DNA of 64,000 bases, from the NCBI GenBank assembly GCA_031290195.1, contig JAITOA010000044.1, positions 256-64,255 on the forward strand, read 5' to 3'. The position numbers and the translations under genes are program-made. Position 1 is the stretch's first letter; the number at the start of each line of letters is the position of its first letter. The notes below the pieces were generated by a model. The model was not told the DNA's origin and did not search any database. It was given only the letters and a program-made list of their open reading frames with translations. This DNA is from Puniceicoccales bacterium. Lineage in GTDB: Bacteria > Verrucomicrobiota > Verrucomicrobiia > Opitutales > JAIRLM01. Positions 37,787-47,496 of the stretch are shown here, piece after piece.

Positions 37787-39187
37787 ATGCGGTTACGGGA
37801 TGATTTTTGCCGTGCGCGCCGGCTGCGCCGGCTGTGGCTTTCGGTGATGGTTATGTTGTCGCTGTGTATTCTTTTGGGGATCAATGGTCTGGCCGCAAAA
37901 TTTCATCGTCGGTTCGGTTCTTCCTCCCGCACTACCCCATCCAAGGAATGCATCGCACAGGCCCGGTCCCTGGGAGAATCGCTGCAGCTGTACGTTGTCT
38001 ACGACGACGCCGATGGTTTTGAGGACGCAACTTCCCTTAGGACAGCGCTGCAAATATTTCTGGAAAATACTCGGACAAGCTTTTCCGCCGCCGGCGTCCC
38101 CTTCGACTACGATTTTCTTCACCGACTACGCCATGGAGCCCGACTGGAGCAGTGGTTTGCCTCCGCTTTTCCAAAAATTCCTCCGACCAGCGGCATCTTT
38201 CTACGCTCCGGGAATCGCATCCAGGGGGTCCCAGCGTCCGCCTGCTACGTGCTTCGGAACGGAGAAGTGCGGGGGTTTTCCCTCGGTCCTGCCTTGCTGG
38301 AGGCTCTCCGAGCCATCTCCGACCCAATCCCGCCGACAGTTTATTTCCTACGGAACCACGGAGAACGGTCTCTTCAGCAGCGCTATTCCGACGGAGGACT
38401 GGCCCGCCTGCGGCAGTGGATCGAGCGGCAGGGATGGCGGGCGGAGCCGCTGGACGGAGATGGCCTAGAAAAAGTAGATAGTGCCCACGGATTTTTAGCA
38501 ATCATAGATCCTCGATTGCCCCTTCGACCCCGGGAGCAGGTGGCCTTGCAAAATTTTTTCGAAGAAAGGGGCGGCAGGGTGCTTCTCGTCCTCACGCCGG
38601 AAAGTCATGGTGGGCTGGCAGATTTTCTTTTCCACTGGAATGTGCTAGCCGAGGATGCTTTGAAAATCGCCACTTCTTCGGACGGCGACGATGATATCTC
38701 AATTTGCCACTTTGCCCGGGAAGATTTTCTGCAGTCGCTAATCGACTATCAAATGCCCGTGCACTTTGCTTCCGTGCGGCCTATCCGGGAGGATATTGGA
38801 GGGCCGGGGGGGGCGGCACTGCGAGTTACCTCGCTCATGGAAACGACGGCCACGACCCTTTCTCCGCCCTTTTCCATTGCCGTTGCCGTTCAAAAAAAAA
38901 TGGACACCTCTGCTCCCATCGACCAAAATCCGTGGAAAATGGCCATTATTGGTGGGGATTTTCTCTCCAATCGCCTCTTCTCGCTCCCCGGGAATCAACT
39001 TCTCTTTCAGCAGCTCGCATTTTATTTACTGGATAGAAAAATTTCTTCGCCACTTCCCCCAATTGATGAGTTTCAACTTCACCTGTCAAAGTCGGAAATG
39101 GGAGCCATTGCGCGAACCATTTTATTTGCCACATTGCTATTCCCATCGATGCTCGGACTTTTCCATTTTCTACGCCGAAAATTTTAG
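37787..39187 (+). CDS. Hypothetical protein with TM segments at both termini; weak GldG/ABC-auxiliary-like impression
   Basis: N-terminal TM (LWLSVMVMLSLCILLGING) and C-terminal TM (ILFATLLFPSMLGLFHFL). Contains an in-frame G8 run (38806-38813). The functional call is weak. Confidence 0.5.
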   Translation: MRLRDDFCRARRLRRLWLSVMVMLSLCILLGINGLAAKFHRRFGSSSRTTPSKECIAQARSLGESLQLYVVYDDADGFEDATSLRTALQIFLENTRTSFSAAGVPFDYDFLHRLRHGARLEQWFASAFPKIPPTSGIFLRSGNRIQGVPASACYVLRNGEVRGFSLGPALLEALRAISDPIPPTVYFLRNHGERSLQQRYSDGGLARLRQWIERQGWRAEPLDGDGLEKVDSAHGFLAIIDPRLPLRPREQVALQNFFEERGGRVLLVLTPESHGGLADFLFHWNVLAEDALKIATSSDGDDDISICHFAREDFLQSLIDYQMPVHFASVRPIREDIGGPGGAALRVTSLMETTATTLSPPFSIAVAVQKKMDTSAPIDQNPWKMAIIGGDFLSNRLFSLPGNQLLFQQLAFYLLDRKISSPLPPIDEFQLHLSKSEMGAIARTILFATLLFPSMLGLFHFLRRKF

Positions 39188-39304
39188 ATTCTTGCTTCCC
39201 CACAATGTAGTGGGAATTTTTCAGGAAAGTCGAAGTATCATGACCCGGGGAAAGTTTTTTTAATTTTTCTTGCTCGGAAGTCCGACATTATTCTCCTGGA
39301 CGCG

Positions 39305-40315
39305 ATGAAAGGAAAATCTACGGAACGTCCCCTTGTTTTGACCGGCCTGCAGCCGAGTGCTGGAGTGCAACTCGGAAATTTTCTCGGAGCAATTCGCTCC
39401 TGGGTCTCTCTGCAGGAGTCCATGGAGTGCTTGTTTTTCCTCGCTGACATGCACGCAATTACGGTACCGCAGGAGCCGGATCAGCTGCGGACTAATACCC
39501 TGGACTGTGTCGCCATGTACTTGGCTTGCGGCATAGATCCAGAAAAATCCCAAATTTTCATTCAATCCCAGGTCTTTGGCCACGCGGAGTTGGCGTGGAT
39601 TCTTGCCTGTTCCACGGCCATTGGTCAGCTGGAACGCATGACCCAGTTCAAAGATAAGTCCGCTCGAAAGGAGAGCGAATCCGTTGGTGCCGGGCTCCTC
39701 TACTATCCGCTCCTCATGGCCGCGGACATCCTTCTCTACGACGCGGACTACGTTCCGACCGGGGAAGATCAGAAGCAGCACGTGGAGCTGACACGGGACG
39801 TTGCAGAGCACTTCAATCGCCGCTACTCTCCGACATTTACCGTCCCGAAACCCCTCATCTCCAATGCCTGTGCCCGGGTAATGTCCCTGCAGAATCCCTT
39901 TGCAAAGATGTCGAAGTCGGATCCCAATCCATTGGGAGTGGTTTTTTTAACCGATTCCGATGCGCAAATTCAAAAAAAATTCCGCTCGGCCGTGACCGAT
40001 TCGGGTCGAGAGGTACGTGCGTTGCCGGAAAAACCAGGCATCTGCAATTTACTTGAGATTTTGTGTGGTCTGACCGGAGAGCCCGTGGAAGAGTTGGAAG
40101 TACACTATGCCTCCGCTTCCTATGCAGAATTCAAAGGAGCCGTGGCCGCGGCTGCCGTGGCTACAATCGGACCAATTCGGGAAAAATTTTTCGAGTTGCG
40201 TCAGAAAAAGGATTTTCTCCTCGCCGTTCTGGAGCGGGGCCGGAAAACCGCGCAGGAGCAAGCGCTGTCCACTCTTTCGAAGGTGTACCGGAAAGTTGGA
40301 TTTTTGGAAAAGTAA
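39305..40315 (+). CDS. trpS: Tryptophanyl-tRNA synthetase
   Basis: Class I signatures TGLQPSAGVQLGNFLG and KMSKS (FAKMSKSDP). 336 aa. Confidence 0.92.
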   Translation: MKGKSTERPLVLTGLQPSAGVQLGNFLGAIRSWVSLQESMECLFFLADMHAITVPQEPDQLRTNTLDCVAMYLACGIDPEKSQIFIQSQVFGHAELAWILACSTAIGQLERMTQFKDKSARKESESVGAGLLYYPLLMAADILLYDADYVPTGEDQKQHVELTRDVAEHFNRRYSPTFTVPKPLISNACARVMSLQNPFAKMSKSDPNPLGVVFLTDSDAQIQKKFRSAVTDSGREVRALPEKPGICNLLEILCGLTGEPVEELEVHYASASYAEFKGAVAAAAVATIGPIREKFFELRQKKDFLLAVLERGRKTAQEQALSTLSKVYRKVGFLEK

Positions 40316-40430
40316 CCTCGGGGACACCAAGGTCACCGGGACATCCGAGGATGTCGCTACAAACCATCCCCCAAAGAACAAATATGGAAAAAATTCGAGA
40401 CGGGAGGACGTTTCATCCTTCGTCCACAGA

Positions 40431-40634
40431 CTACTCCTTGGCTTTCTTGCTGCGCAAAAAATTAGTGAACTTAATCACCTTTTCCTTGCGGCGGCGACGG
40501 GCACAGGGCTTCTCAAAATAACGCTTTGCTTTCGCGTCCTGTAAAATGTTCTCGCGGTCGAGCCGCTTTTTCAGCCGGCGCAGCGCCTTGTCCACGCCCT
40601 CGCCCTTTCGCAATTCAACTCCTATAATCGGCAT
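40431..40634 (-). CDS. rpsU: 30S ribosomal protein S21
   Basis: MPIIGVELRKGEGVDKALRRLKKRLDRENILQDAKAKRYFEKP..., 67 aa. The longer 148-aa track ORF is an upstream extension. Confidence 0.9.
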   Translation of the reverse strand: MPIIGVELRKGEGVDKALRRLKKRLDRENILQDAKAKRYFEKPCARRRRKEKVIKFTNFLRSKKAKE

Positions 40635-40782
40635 TCTCCATTCACCCCCTCTCACCATCAAATTCCACAATCCGTTCTCTAGAGTCAAGGGAAATTCTCC
40701 CGGTCGTGGACGAAATGCGGAGCTTTTCTCCGGCAGAAAAACTTGACTCGTGGATGCTCGGCGGCTGACTGTCCTCCCGTCC

Positions 40783-42600
40783 ATGAAAAATGCAGAATTG
40801 GGAATCATGCGCCACTCGGCGGCCCATGTGCTTGCGGCTGCAGTTCTCCGGCTTTTCCCGGAAACAAAGTTTGACATTGGTCCTTCAACGGAAACGGGGT
40901 TCTACTATGACTTTGACGGAGACCATTCTTTTACCAGTGAGAATCTTGTGGCCATCGAAGGAGAAATGGACCGCATCATCGGTGAAAACCTTCCCATCAT
41001 CCGCCGGGATGTAACCCGCAAAGAAGCGGAAGAAATTTTCCTAGAGATCGGACAGCACTATAAATTAGAACGGCTTGCCGACATTCCCAGCGGAGAAGTC
41101 ATCTCCATCTACACCGTCGGCGACTTCGTGGATCTATGTCGGGGCCCCCATCTCCCGTCCACCGGAGCCATTGGAGCCGTTCGACTGCTGAGCATCGCCG
41201 GGGCCTATTACCGCGGCGACGAGGGCAATCGGCAGCTGCAGCGCATCTATGGAACGGCCTTTGGGACGAAAAAGGAATTGGACGAGTACCTCAATGGCGT
41301 GGAGGAGGCGAAGCGGCGGGACCATCGACGGCTAGGCAAAGATTTGCAGCTATTTACCGTCGACAACGACGTTGGCCAGGGGCTTGTCCTCTGGCTGCCT
41401 CGGGGAACGATCCTGCGCATGGAGTTGCAAAATTTCATCGCGAAGGAACTTCGGAAACAGGGTTACCAGCAAGTTATGACGCCCCATGTGGCTCGGCTGG
41501 AACTTTTCCGCATTTCCGGTCACTTCCCCTACTACCGGGATTCCCAGTTCGAACCCATTCCAGATCGGGAAAATTTAGACAGGAATCTTACCTATGGGGA
41601 ATTGTCGGCTGCCCTGGAATCCGGTGGCTGTGGTGGCTTCCTCATCAAACCCATGAACTGTCCGGGGCACATTAAGATCTACGCCAACACGCCAAAGTCC
41701 TACCGCGACCTCCCCTACAGGTTGGCGGAATTCGGGACCGTCTACCGCTGGGAACAATCCGGGGAACTGAATGGCATGACGCGGGTCAGAGGGTTTACCC
41801 AGGACGATGCCCACATTTTTTGTACCGAGGAACAATTGGAGACCGAAATTTTAGGTTGCATTTCCCTGGTCCAGAAAGTCCTCACGACGATGGCTCTGAG
41901 GGATTGCCGCGTCCGAATGGGTCTAAGGGACCCCAGTTCCAACAAGTACATCGGTGACGAAGAAATTTGGGAGAAGTCAGAAAACGCCCTGCGACGGGCG
42001 GTGAAACGGCTTGGAATGGTTCACGTGGAAGAAGTAGGAGAAGCGGCCTTCTACGGTCCCAAGATCGACTTCGTAACGAAGGACGTGCTGGGGCGTGAGT
42101 GGCAATTGGGCACAGTTCAGGTGGATTATAACCTTCCGGAGCGCTTTCATTTAAATTACATCGGTGCCGACAATCAGCCCCATGTTCCGGTCCTCATCCA
42201 CCGGGCTCCCTTCGGTTCCTTGGAGCGCTTCTGCGGAGTGCTCATCGAACACTTCGGAGGGGACTTTCCCCTCTGGCTTGCCCCGGAACAGGTCCGCCTG
42301 CTGCCGGTGGGTGATGGGCAGCTCCCCTACGCCAAAGAAGTGGAAAATTTGCTCCTAGAAAGGGACATTCGCGCCACCGTGGACAGTCATTCGGACAAGC
42401 TCGGTGCCAAAATTCGCCGGGCGGAGATAGACAGGGTGCCCTACGCGGCGATCATTGGTGCCAAGGAGCAGGGCAGCCTCGGGGTTTCCATCCGTTCCAG
42501 AATTCGCAAGGACCACGAAGGCGACCACTCCGCCGCCGGCTTTGTGGAGTTGCTCGTGGAGGATATTCGTACCCATAGACTTCCGGACGCACTTCTCTGA
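40783..42600 (+). CDS. thrS: Threonyl-tRNA synthetase lacking the N-terminal TGS domain
   Basis: Begins just before the editing-domain motif RHSAAHVLA. Also has GAYYRGD, KPMNCPGH, RVRGFTQDDAHIF and HRAPFGSLERF. There is no room upstream for a TGS domain, because rpsU on the opposite strand is about 150 nt away. Confidence 0.9.
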   Translation: MKNAELGIMRHSAAHVLAAAVLRLFPETKFDIGPSTETGFYYDFDGDHSFTSENLVAIEGEMDRIIGENLPIIRRDVTRKEAEEIFLEIGQHYKLERLADIPSGEVISIYTVGDFVDLCRGPHLPSTGAIGAVRLLSIAGAYYRGDEGNRQLQRIYGTAFGTKKELDEYLNGVEEAKRRDHRRLGKDLQLFTVDNDVGQGLVLWLPRGTILRMELQNFIAKELRKQGYQQVMTPHVARLELFRISGHFPYYRDSQFEPIPDRENLDRNLTYGELSAALESGGCGGFLIKPMNCPGHIKIYANTPKSYRDLPYRLAEFGTVYRWEQSGELNGMTRVRGFTQDDAHIFCTEEQLETEILGCISLVQKVLTTMALRDCRVRMGLRDPSSNKYIGDEEIWEKSENALRRAVKRLGMVHVEEVGEAAFYGPKIDFVTKDVLGREWQLGTVQVDYNLPERFHLNYIGADNQPHVPVLIHRAPFGSLERFCGVLIEHFGGDFPLWLAPEQVRLLPVGDGQLPYAKEVENLLLERDIRATVDSHSDKLGAKIRRAEIDRVPYAAIIGAKEQGSLGVSIRSRIRKDHEGDHSAAGFVELLVEDIRTHRLPDALL

Positions 42601-43181
42601 TGGAAGCGAAAAAGTTATTCCCATTCGATGAAGTTTGCCGGCTGCGGGAAAGTTGGCGGGCGGAGGGGCACCGCGTTGCGTTGACAAACGGCTGCTTTGA
42701 TTTGCTTCATCCCGGTCATCTTTTTCTCCTGGAACAGGCAGCACAATTTGGTCAGCGACTTATTGTCGCGCTGAATTCCGATGGCAGCGTACGGACGTTG
42801 AAGGGTGCTGGACGACCCATTCTCCACGAGTACTTGCGCGCCTACTCTCTCTCCGCCGTTCGGTGGGTGGATGCCGTTTTCCTCTTTGATGGCACTCGGG
42901 CCGTTGAAGAAATTCGCCGGTTGAAGCCCGACGTCTATGTGCGGGCGGCGGACCGCACCGTCACTGACCTGGATTCCCGGGAACTGCGGGCCCTGGGAGA
43001 GGTCAATGCCACCATCGAATTCGTAGAATTTTTCCCTAATTTGAGTACCACGGCCATCGTCAGGGAAGTTCGCGGGAGGCCATCCCCCGGAGGGAGTTCC
43101 CTCCCCCCAGTTGCCCTTCGATGGCCTCCACCCGGCGAAAAAGTTCTGGGATGCGCCGCCGCAGGACAAAAAAACGATTAG
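42600..43181 (+). CDS. Cytidylyltransferase-fold nucleotidyltransferase (RfaE domain II / HldC-like)
   Basis: [17 protein letters not shown] (HxGH motif) and [10 protein letters not shown]. The ATG overlaps the thrS TGA by 1 nt. The 3' end overlaps lpxD convergently by about 120 nt. Confidence 0.75.
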   Translation: MEAKKLFPFDEVCRLRESWRAEGHRVALTNGCFDLLHPGHLFLLEQAAQFGQRLIVALNSDGSVRTLKGAGRPILHEYLRAYSLSAVRWVDAVFLFDGTRAVEEIRRLKPDVYVRAADRTVTDLDSRELRALGEVNATIEFVEFFPNLSTTAIVREVRGRPSPGGSSLPPVALRWPPPGEKVLGCAAAGQKND

Positions 43182-44127
43182 CTTCCCCAATGGGCATGGC
43201 CGGCGTACCGCGGACAACGGTATCGTCGGCCACATCCGAGGAGACCCCTCCCTGGGCAGCCACCCTAACCCTGGATCCAACGGTCAGATGGCCGGCGACG
43301 CCAGCCTGTCCGGCAAGTACGACCCATTCGCCGATTTTTGTGCTTCCTGCAATGCCCACCTGCGCCACAAGAAGAGAATTCTGCCCAATCTCAACGTTGT
43401 GGGCAATCTGCACCAGATTGTCGATCTTCGTTCCTTTTCCAATGCGTGTCATAGCAAAACGAGCCCTGTCGACGCAGCTGTTGGCACCAATTTCAACGTC
43501 TTCTTCGATGATGACTCCGCCGATGTGGGGTAATTTTCGATGCCCATCTGCCTCCGGGGAGTAACCGTAGCCATCACTGCCCAAAACGGCACCGCTATGA
43601 ATAATGGACCGTGCGCCGACGGTGCAATCGCAGTAGAGAGTCACACGCGGATGAAACCGAACACCCTCTCCAACGGTGCAGCGGGGTCCAATGGTGCAGT
43701 GGGAACCGATGGTGCAGCTAGGGCCGACGGTCACTTCCTCTCCAAGGACGCAGAAGGGCCCGATGGAGGAGGTTGGGTGGATATTTGCCGTTGCCGCGAC
43801 GATGGCCGTCGGATGCACCCCGGAGGGGAGAGAAATTTTCCGATCCCCTTCGACGGCGGCGCAGAGTTTTCCGAGGGCCATGGATGGGTCAGGTAGAAAA
43901 AAATAGGCAACTCCTTCCGGAGGTTCTCCGGAAAAATTTTGGGGAAGGAGCAAAATGGAGGCCCTGGAATGCGATACAAGGGACGCATATTTGCCGTTGC
44001 TCAAAAAGGAAAGGTCACCCAGATTCGCCGACTCCAGCGAGGAGATGCCCGTGATCGCAGCCCAGCACCGACCCTTCACGATTTCCGGAGATAGCAACTT
44101 TTCCAGCTCCTCCTGGTCATAGCGCAT
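43060..44127 (-). CDS. lpxD: UDP-3-O-acylglucosamine N-acyltransferase
   Basis: N-terminal uridine-binding region, then a run of left-handed beta-helix hexapeptide repeats including [11 protein letters not shown]. 355 aa. Confidence 0.9.
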   Translation of the reverse strand: MRYDQEELEKLLSPEIVKGRCWAAITGISSLESANLGDLSFLSNGKYASLVSHSRASILLLPQNFSGEPPEGVAYFFLPDPSMALGKLCAAVEGDRKISLPSGVHPTAIVAATANIHPTSSIGPFCVLGEEVTVGPSCTIGSHCTIGPRCTVGEGVRFHPRVTLYCDCTVGARSIIHSGAVLGSDGYGYSPEADGHRKLPHIGGVIIEEDVEIGANSCVDRARFAMTRIGKGTKIDNLVQIAHNVEIGQNSLLVAQVGIAGSTKIGEWVVLAGQAGVAGHLTVGSRVRVAAQGGVSSDVADDTVVRGTPAMPIGEANRFFVLRRRIPELFRRVEAIEGQLGGGNSLRGMASRELP

Positions 44128-44234
44128 GGGTCATCGTCTAGGCGGCAACGCAGCTCCCGGCAAGGATAATATCTCCCAGATTTCAATGGATGGGGCAGGC
44201 TCCGGAGAGTTTTTTCAGAGCGAAAAAATTTATG

Positions 44235-44263
44235 TTGCTAAAGATTTTGGCAATTTATAAAAT
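44235..44263 (+). promoter_or_regulatory. Promoter candidate TTGCTA-17-TAAAAT, with the -10 ending 5 nt before GTG 44269
   Basis: Read directly: atgTTGCTAaagattttggcaatttaTAAAATtctttGTG. Confidence 0.45.
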
Positions 44264-44268
44264 TCTTT

Positions 44269-44994
44269 GTGTGCAGTGTTCCACCAGTTCAACCCGTTTC
44301 CACAGGAGCTCCCAGTGTACCCGCTCCTGAAATTCCAAGAAGCGATAGTTCAGTGACAGGCACTCCATCCACCCCCAGCTCTGATGGTGCAGGAATTACC
44401 AATGAAGGTAAAAGTGCAAATGAAAATGGAGCAGTGGAAAAAGATAAAATTAAAGCCGCGCTAAAAGCTCTTGGCATGGAGCAATATGCCATTGACATCG
44501 TAATCGATGAATACATCGGGAAAAATGGAGATAAGGGATGCGCGTTTTTTTTAGGTGGAAATTTTTCCCTTATCTTACCGAGCACCGAAAATGCTGGGGA
44601 AAATTTTGAAAAAGTCGAAATAATTCGAATTCTCGCCAATGGCAAAGAGATACTTTTTGCCAAAAATGGGAGTTTCAATATTTGTGAAAGATATGGAAAG
44701 AAAAAAGCGTCGGCGGGCCATTCTCCGAGACTGACCATTCTGCATACGGACGGGAGCACGACCGAAAAAATCTATGCATCCTCGCTATGCAATTCGGTCA
44801 CTCCATGGAAATGTATCCTGGAATCCGTCCTTGACATCGGGAGCAAGGTCGTCATCGGCGTAGCCACGGCCGTTTTGGTGAAAATCGCTGTCCTATCTAT
44901 GGGATGGCTAATCTTCGCATTTCTTCTTCTTATCGCCGTCAGCGCCGGCGCCAAATTAATTAGTAAGTACTTTTTCGATGGGGCGCTGGCGTAG
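44269..44994 (+). CDS. Hypothetical protein: Pro/Ser-rich N-terminus and a C-terminal bilobed hydrophobic segment
   Basis: 241 aa. The C-terminus reads VVIGVATAVLVKIAVLSMGWLIFAFLLLIAVSAGAKLI. I recognise no family. The GTG start is uncertain. Confidence 0.55.
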   Translation: MCSVPPVQPVSTGAPSVPAPEIPRSDSSVTGTPSTPSSDGAGITNEGKSANENGAVEKDKIKAALKALGMEQYAIDIVIDEYIGKNGDKGCAFFLGGNFSLILPSTENAGENFEKVEIIRILANGKEILFAKNGSFNICERYGKKKASAGHSPRLTILHTDGSTTEKIYASSLCNSVTPWKCILESVLDIGSKVVIGVATAVLVKIAVLSMGWLIFAFLLLIAVSAGAKLISKYFFDGALA

Positions 44995-45123
44995 GTCCTG
45001 GGGTTCAGAGCGGACATTCCAATAGCCCCAGCCGCTAAAAAACAGCAAATTCGCGGAGAATTTTTGACAAATTTTGAGAATGCGATTGACGCCCCCTTTC
45101 GTTCCTATTTATGGATCTTCGCC

Positions 45124-45294
45124 ATGCCGAGGGAACACGTAATCATTGAATGCACCGAAGCCAAGGCGGAGGGAAAGCCAGTCTCCCGCTACATGACAAC
45201 GCGCAATAAAAAATTGCAAACGGAGAAGGTGGAAAAAAAGAAGTACAATAAGTTTCTCCGCCGACATACGCTGCACAGGGAAATTAAGGGCTAG
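45124..45294 (+). CDS. rpmG: 50S ribosomal protein L33
   Basis: [55 protein letters not shown], 56 aa. Confidence 0.85.
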   Translation: MPREHVIIECTEAKAEGKPVSRYMTTRNKKLQTEKVEKKKYNKFLRRHTLHREIKG

Positions 45295-46300
45295 GCCCGT
45301 CCATTTCTTCTCGGAGGGAGCGCCCCATGAGGGCAGACCGAATATCTTCCGGTGGTCTGTCTTCGTAGAGGATGCCGTAGATCCCTCCGAGGACGGGAGC
45401 AGGAATTTTCTTTCTCCGGCAAAGCTCGTGGAAGCCCTTTGTTGCTCCGTAGCCTTCGACGGTCAGCTTTCCATCCGAAAGGATGGCCTCCGGTTTTTCT
45501 CCACGGGCAATGCGTTCTCCAAAGGTACGATTGCGACTCCACCGGCCATTCCCCGTTGCGATGAGATCTCCCAGCCCACTTAGTCCATAGAAAGTTTCCC
45601 GCTGCCCTCCAAGGGAGACCCCAATTCGGGCCAGTTCTGCCACCATTCGAGTGAGAAGTGCCGCCCATCCATTGTCACTTCCTGCAAACTTTTCCGCGAT
45701 ACCGAGGCCAATGGCATAGGGATTTTTAAGTGCTCCACCCAGCTCAACTCCAGTCACATCGGCCGTTCTGTAGACGCGGAAGGACGGGGAACTAATCCAG
45801 GCTTGTAGACGGCAAGCACGTTCTCGGTCCATGGCCGTGGCAATGACGGCGGCGGTTGGTTTTCCCAGGGCCACGTCGCCTGCATGGGTTGGACCGGACA
45901 AAACCCCAATCTCAAACTGCGGAAGTAAACTTTGAATGGCAACCGTTGGAAATTGCAGGGACTCCGGGACAAGTCCCTTGCAGAGGGTAATCAGCGGTGG
46001 TAAGCGGGAAAATCCCAGCGTTGCTTCCCGAATGCGTCGGCAAAATTCCAGTACTCCCGCTGTGGCGCAGGCGAGGAAGACAGCATCGGAGGAAAGCAAG
46101 GCGGCAAAGGAAGAGTCCGTTCGTAAATTTTTCGGGAAAGAAAATCCCGGAAAATGGATCGAATTTTCCCGCGCGGCGTCCATCGCATCCGCCTGGGTAG
46201 GCGTCCGCGGCACAAGAACCACGTCGTGCCCCCTAGATGCCAGGTGCAGACCCAGTGCTGTTCCCCAGGCACCGGCCCCCAGGATAGTGAATTTTGCCAT
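45284..46300 (-). CDS. gpsA: NAD(P)H-dependent glycerol-3-phosphate dehydrogenase
   Basis: [23 protein letters not shown] and [18 protein letters not shown]. Confidence 0.9.
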   Translation of the reverse strand: MAKFTILGAGAWGTALGLHLASRGHDVVLVPRTPTQADAMDAARENSIHFPGFSFPKNLRTDSSFAALLSSDAVFLACATAGVLEFCRRIREATLGFSRLPPLITLCKGLVPESLQFPTVAIQSLLPQFEIGVLSGPTHAGDVALGKPTAAVIATAMDRERACRLQAWISSPSFRVYRTADVTGVELGGALKNPYAIGLGIAEKFAGSDNGWAALLTRMVAELARIGVSLGGQRETFYGLSGLGDLIATGNGRWSRNRTFGERIARGEKPEAILSDGKLTVEGYGATKGFHELCRRKKIPAPVLGGIYGILYEDRPPEDIRSALMGRSLREEMDGPSP

Positions 46301-46690
46301 TTTTTTGTCCTCGCCTATCCCTCTATATTGGTACCACCTCTACCAGTAGTTGTGACCTTTCAGACCCGCAAGCGCCTATTTTGTCGACGGAAATCCAACG
46401 CTGCCAACGCGCTGCTTTCGAATCGCTTTGGGAAAAATGATGTCCACCCTAGGGTCCGAAGGACATTCCGAGTCGTTCTGATTGTTGCCATCGCCCTAGT
46501 CATCATTCGTGCTACCGTTCTCACTATCAGGGGTATGGGAATCTTTGCTCCGTAGAATATTCGCTGAACCCTTTCCTGCGGAGGAACCGTCTCCGTCGAA
46601 GAGCAAAAAAACGGCTGCGGTGGTGGGCCGATCCATGCAAATTTGCTGGAAAATCTCGCAAATGCCACGGCAGTTCCCTAGCAACGGGCC

Positions 46691-47488
46691 GTGAAAAATT
46701 ATCTGGCCGTGCTGGCCGATGTTTTGGAGCGCGGAGAACAATGCTGCGACCGCACGGGCGTTGGGACCCGTAATCTCTTCGGTGCTCAGCTACGCTTCGA
46801 TCTGACCGCCGGGTTTCCCCTTATGACGACGAAAAGGATCCACTGGAAATCGGTTGTCCATGAATTGCTTTGGTTTCTCCGTGGGTCCACCAATGTTCGC
46901 TATCTGCAGGAAAACGGCGTGCGCATCTGGAACGAGTGGGCCGACGAAAATGGCGAATTGGGTCCCGTCTACGGCAAGCAATGGAGGCGGTGGCAAACGG
47001 TCGACGGCCGGGAAGTGGACCAAATTGCCCAGCTAATTCAAAATTTAAAGGCAAATCCTTTTAGTCGTCGACACTTAATATCTGCTTGGAACGTGGGAGA
47101 AATTGGGCAAATGGCCCTGCCGCCTTGCCATTGTTTTTTCCAATTTCACGTCTCCTCCTCCGGGGATCTCCGCTGCCAACTCTATCAGCGTAGCGCCGAC
47201 ATGTTCCTCGGCGTACCTTTTAACGTCGCCAGCTACTCCCTCATCACCCATATGGTTGCCCATATCTGCGGATTGCGCGCCAAGGAATTCATCCACACGC
47301 TCGGAGACTACCACATCTACAATAGCCATTTGGAACAGGTCCGAGAGCAGCTGGACAGGGAGCCGCGGAACCTTCCAAGTTTGAAAATTGTCCAAAACCG
47401 CCAAGACATCGATGACTTTTGCTTCGATGACTTTGAACTTTCCGGCTACAATCCCCACGGCGCCATTGCTGCTAGGGTCGCCGTGTAA
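46691..47488 (+). CDS. thyA: Thymidylate synthase (ThyA type)
   Basis: [19 protein letters not shown] (catalytic Cys present), [14 protein letters not shown] and [12 protein letters not shown] start. No folA adjacent. Confidence 0.92.
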   Translation: MKNYLAVLADVLERGEQCCDRTGVGTRNLFGAQLRFDLTAGFPLMTTKRIHWKSVVHELLWFLRGSTNVRYLQENGVRIWNEWADENGELGPVYGKQWRRWQTVDGREVDQIAQLIQNLKANPFSRRHLISAWNVGEIGQMALPPCHCFFQFHVSSSGDLRCQLYQRSADMFLGVPFNVASYSLITHMVAHICGLRAKEFIHTLGDYHIYNSHLEQVREQLDREPRNLPSLKIVQNRQDIDDFCFDDFELSGYNPHGAIAARVAV

Positions 47489-47496
47489 TTTTTTTC

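Noticed and set aside
42600-43181. Whether the 120-nt convergent overlap between the HldC-like gene and lpxD signals a mis-called stop or a frameshift
   Set aside because: Both ORFs keep their family motifs up to the overlap. The HldC-like tail ([13 protein letters not shown]...) is low-complexity, so the gene may effectively end earlier. There is no evidence for a frameshift.
46301-46690. 390-nt gap between the divergent gpsA and thyA with ORFs 46360-46668 (-) and 46154-46555 (+)
   Set aside because: The translations are low-complexity and basic with no family resemblance. One of them is largely antisense to gpsA. The region most simply holds divergent promoters, and I saw no ncRNA signature.
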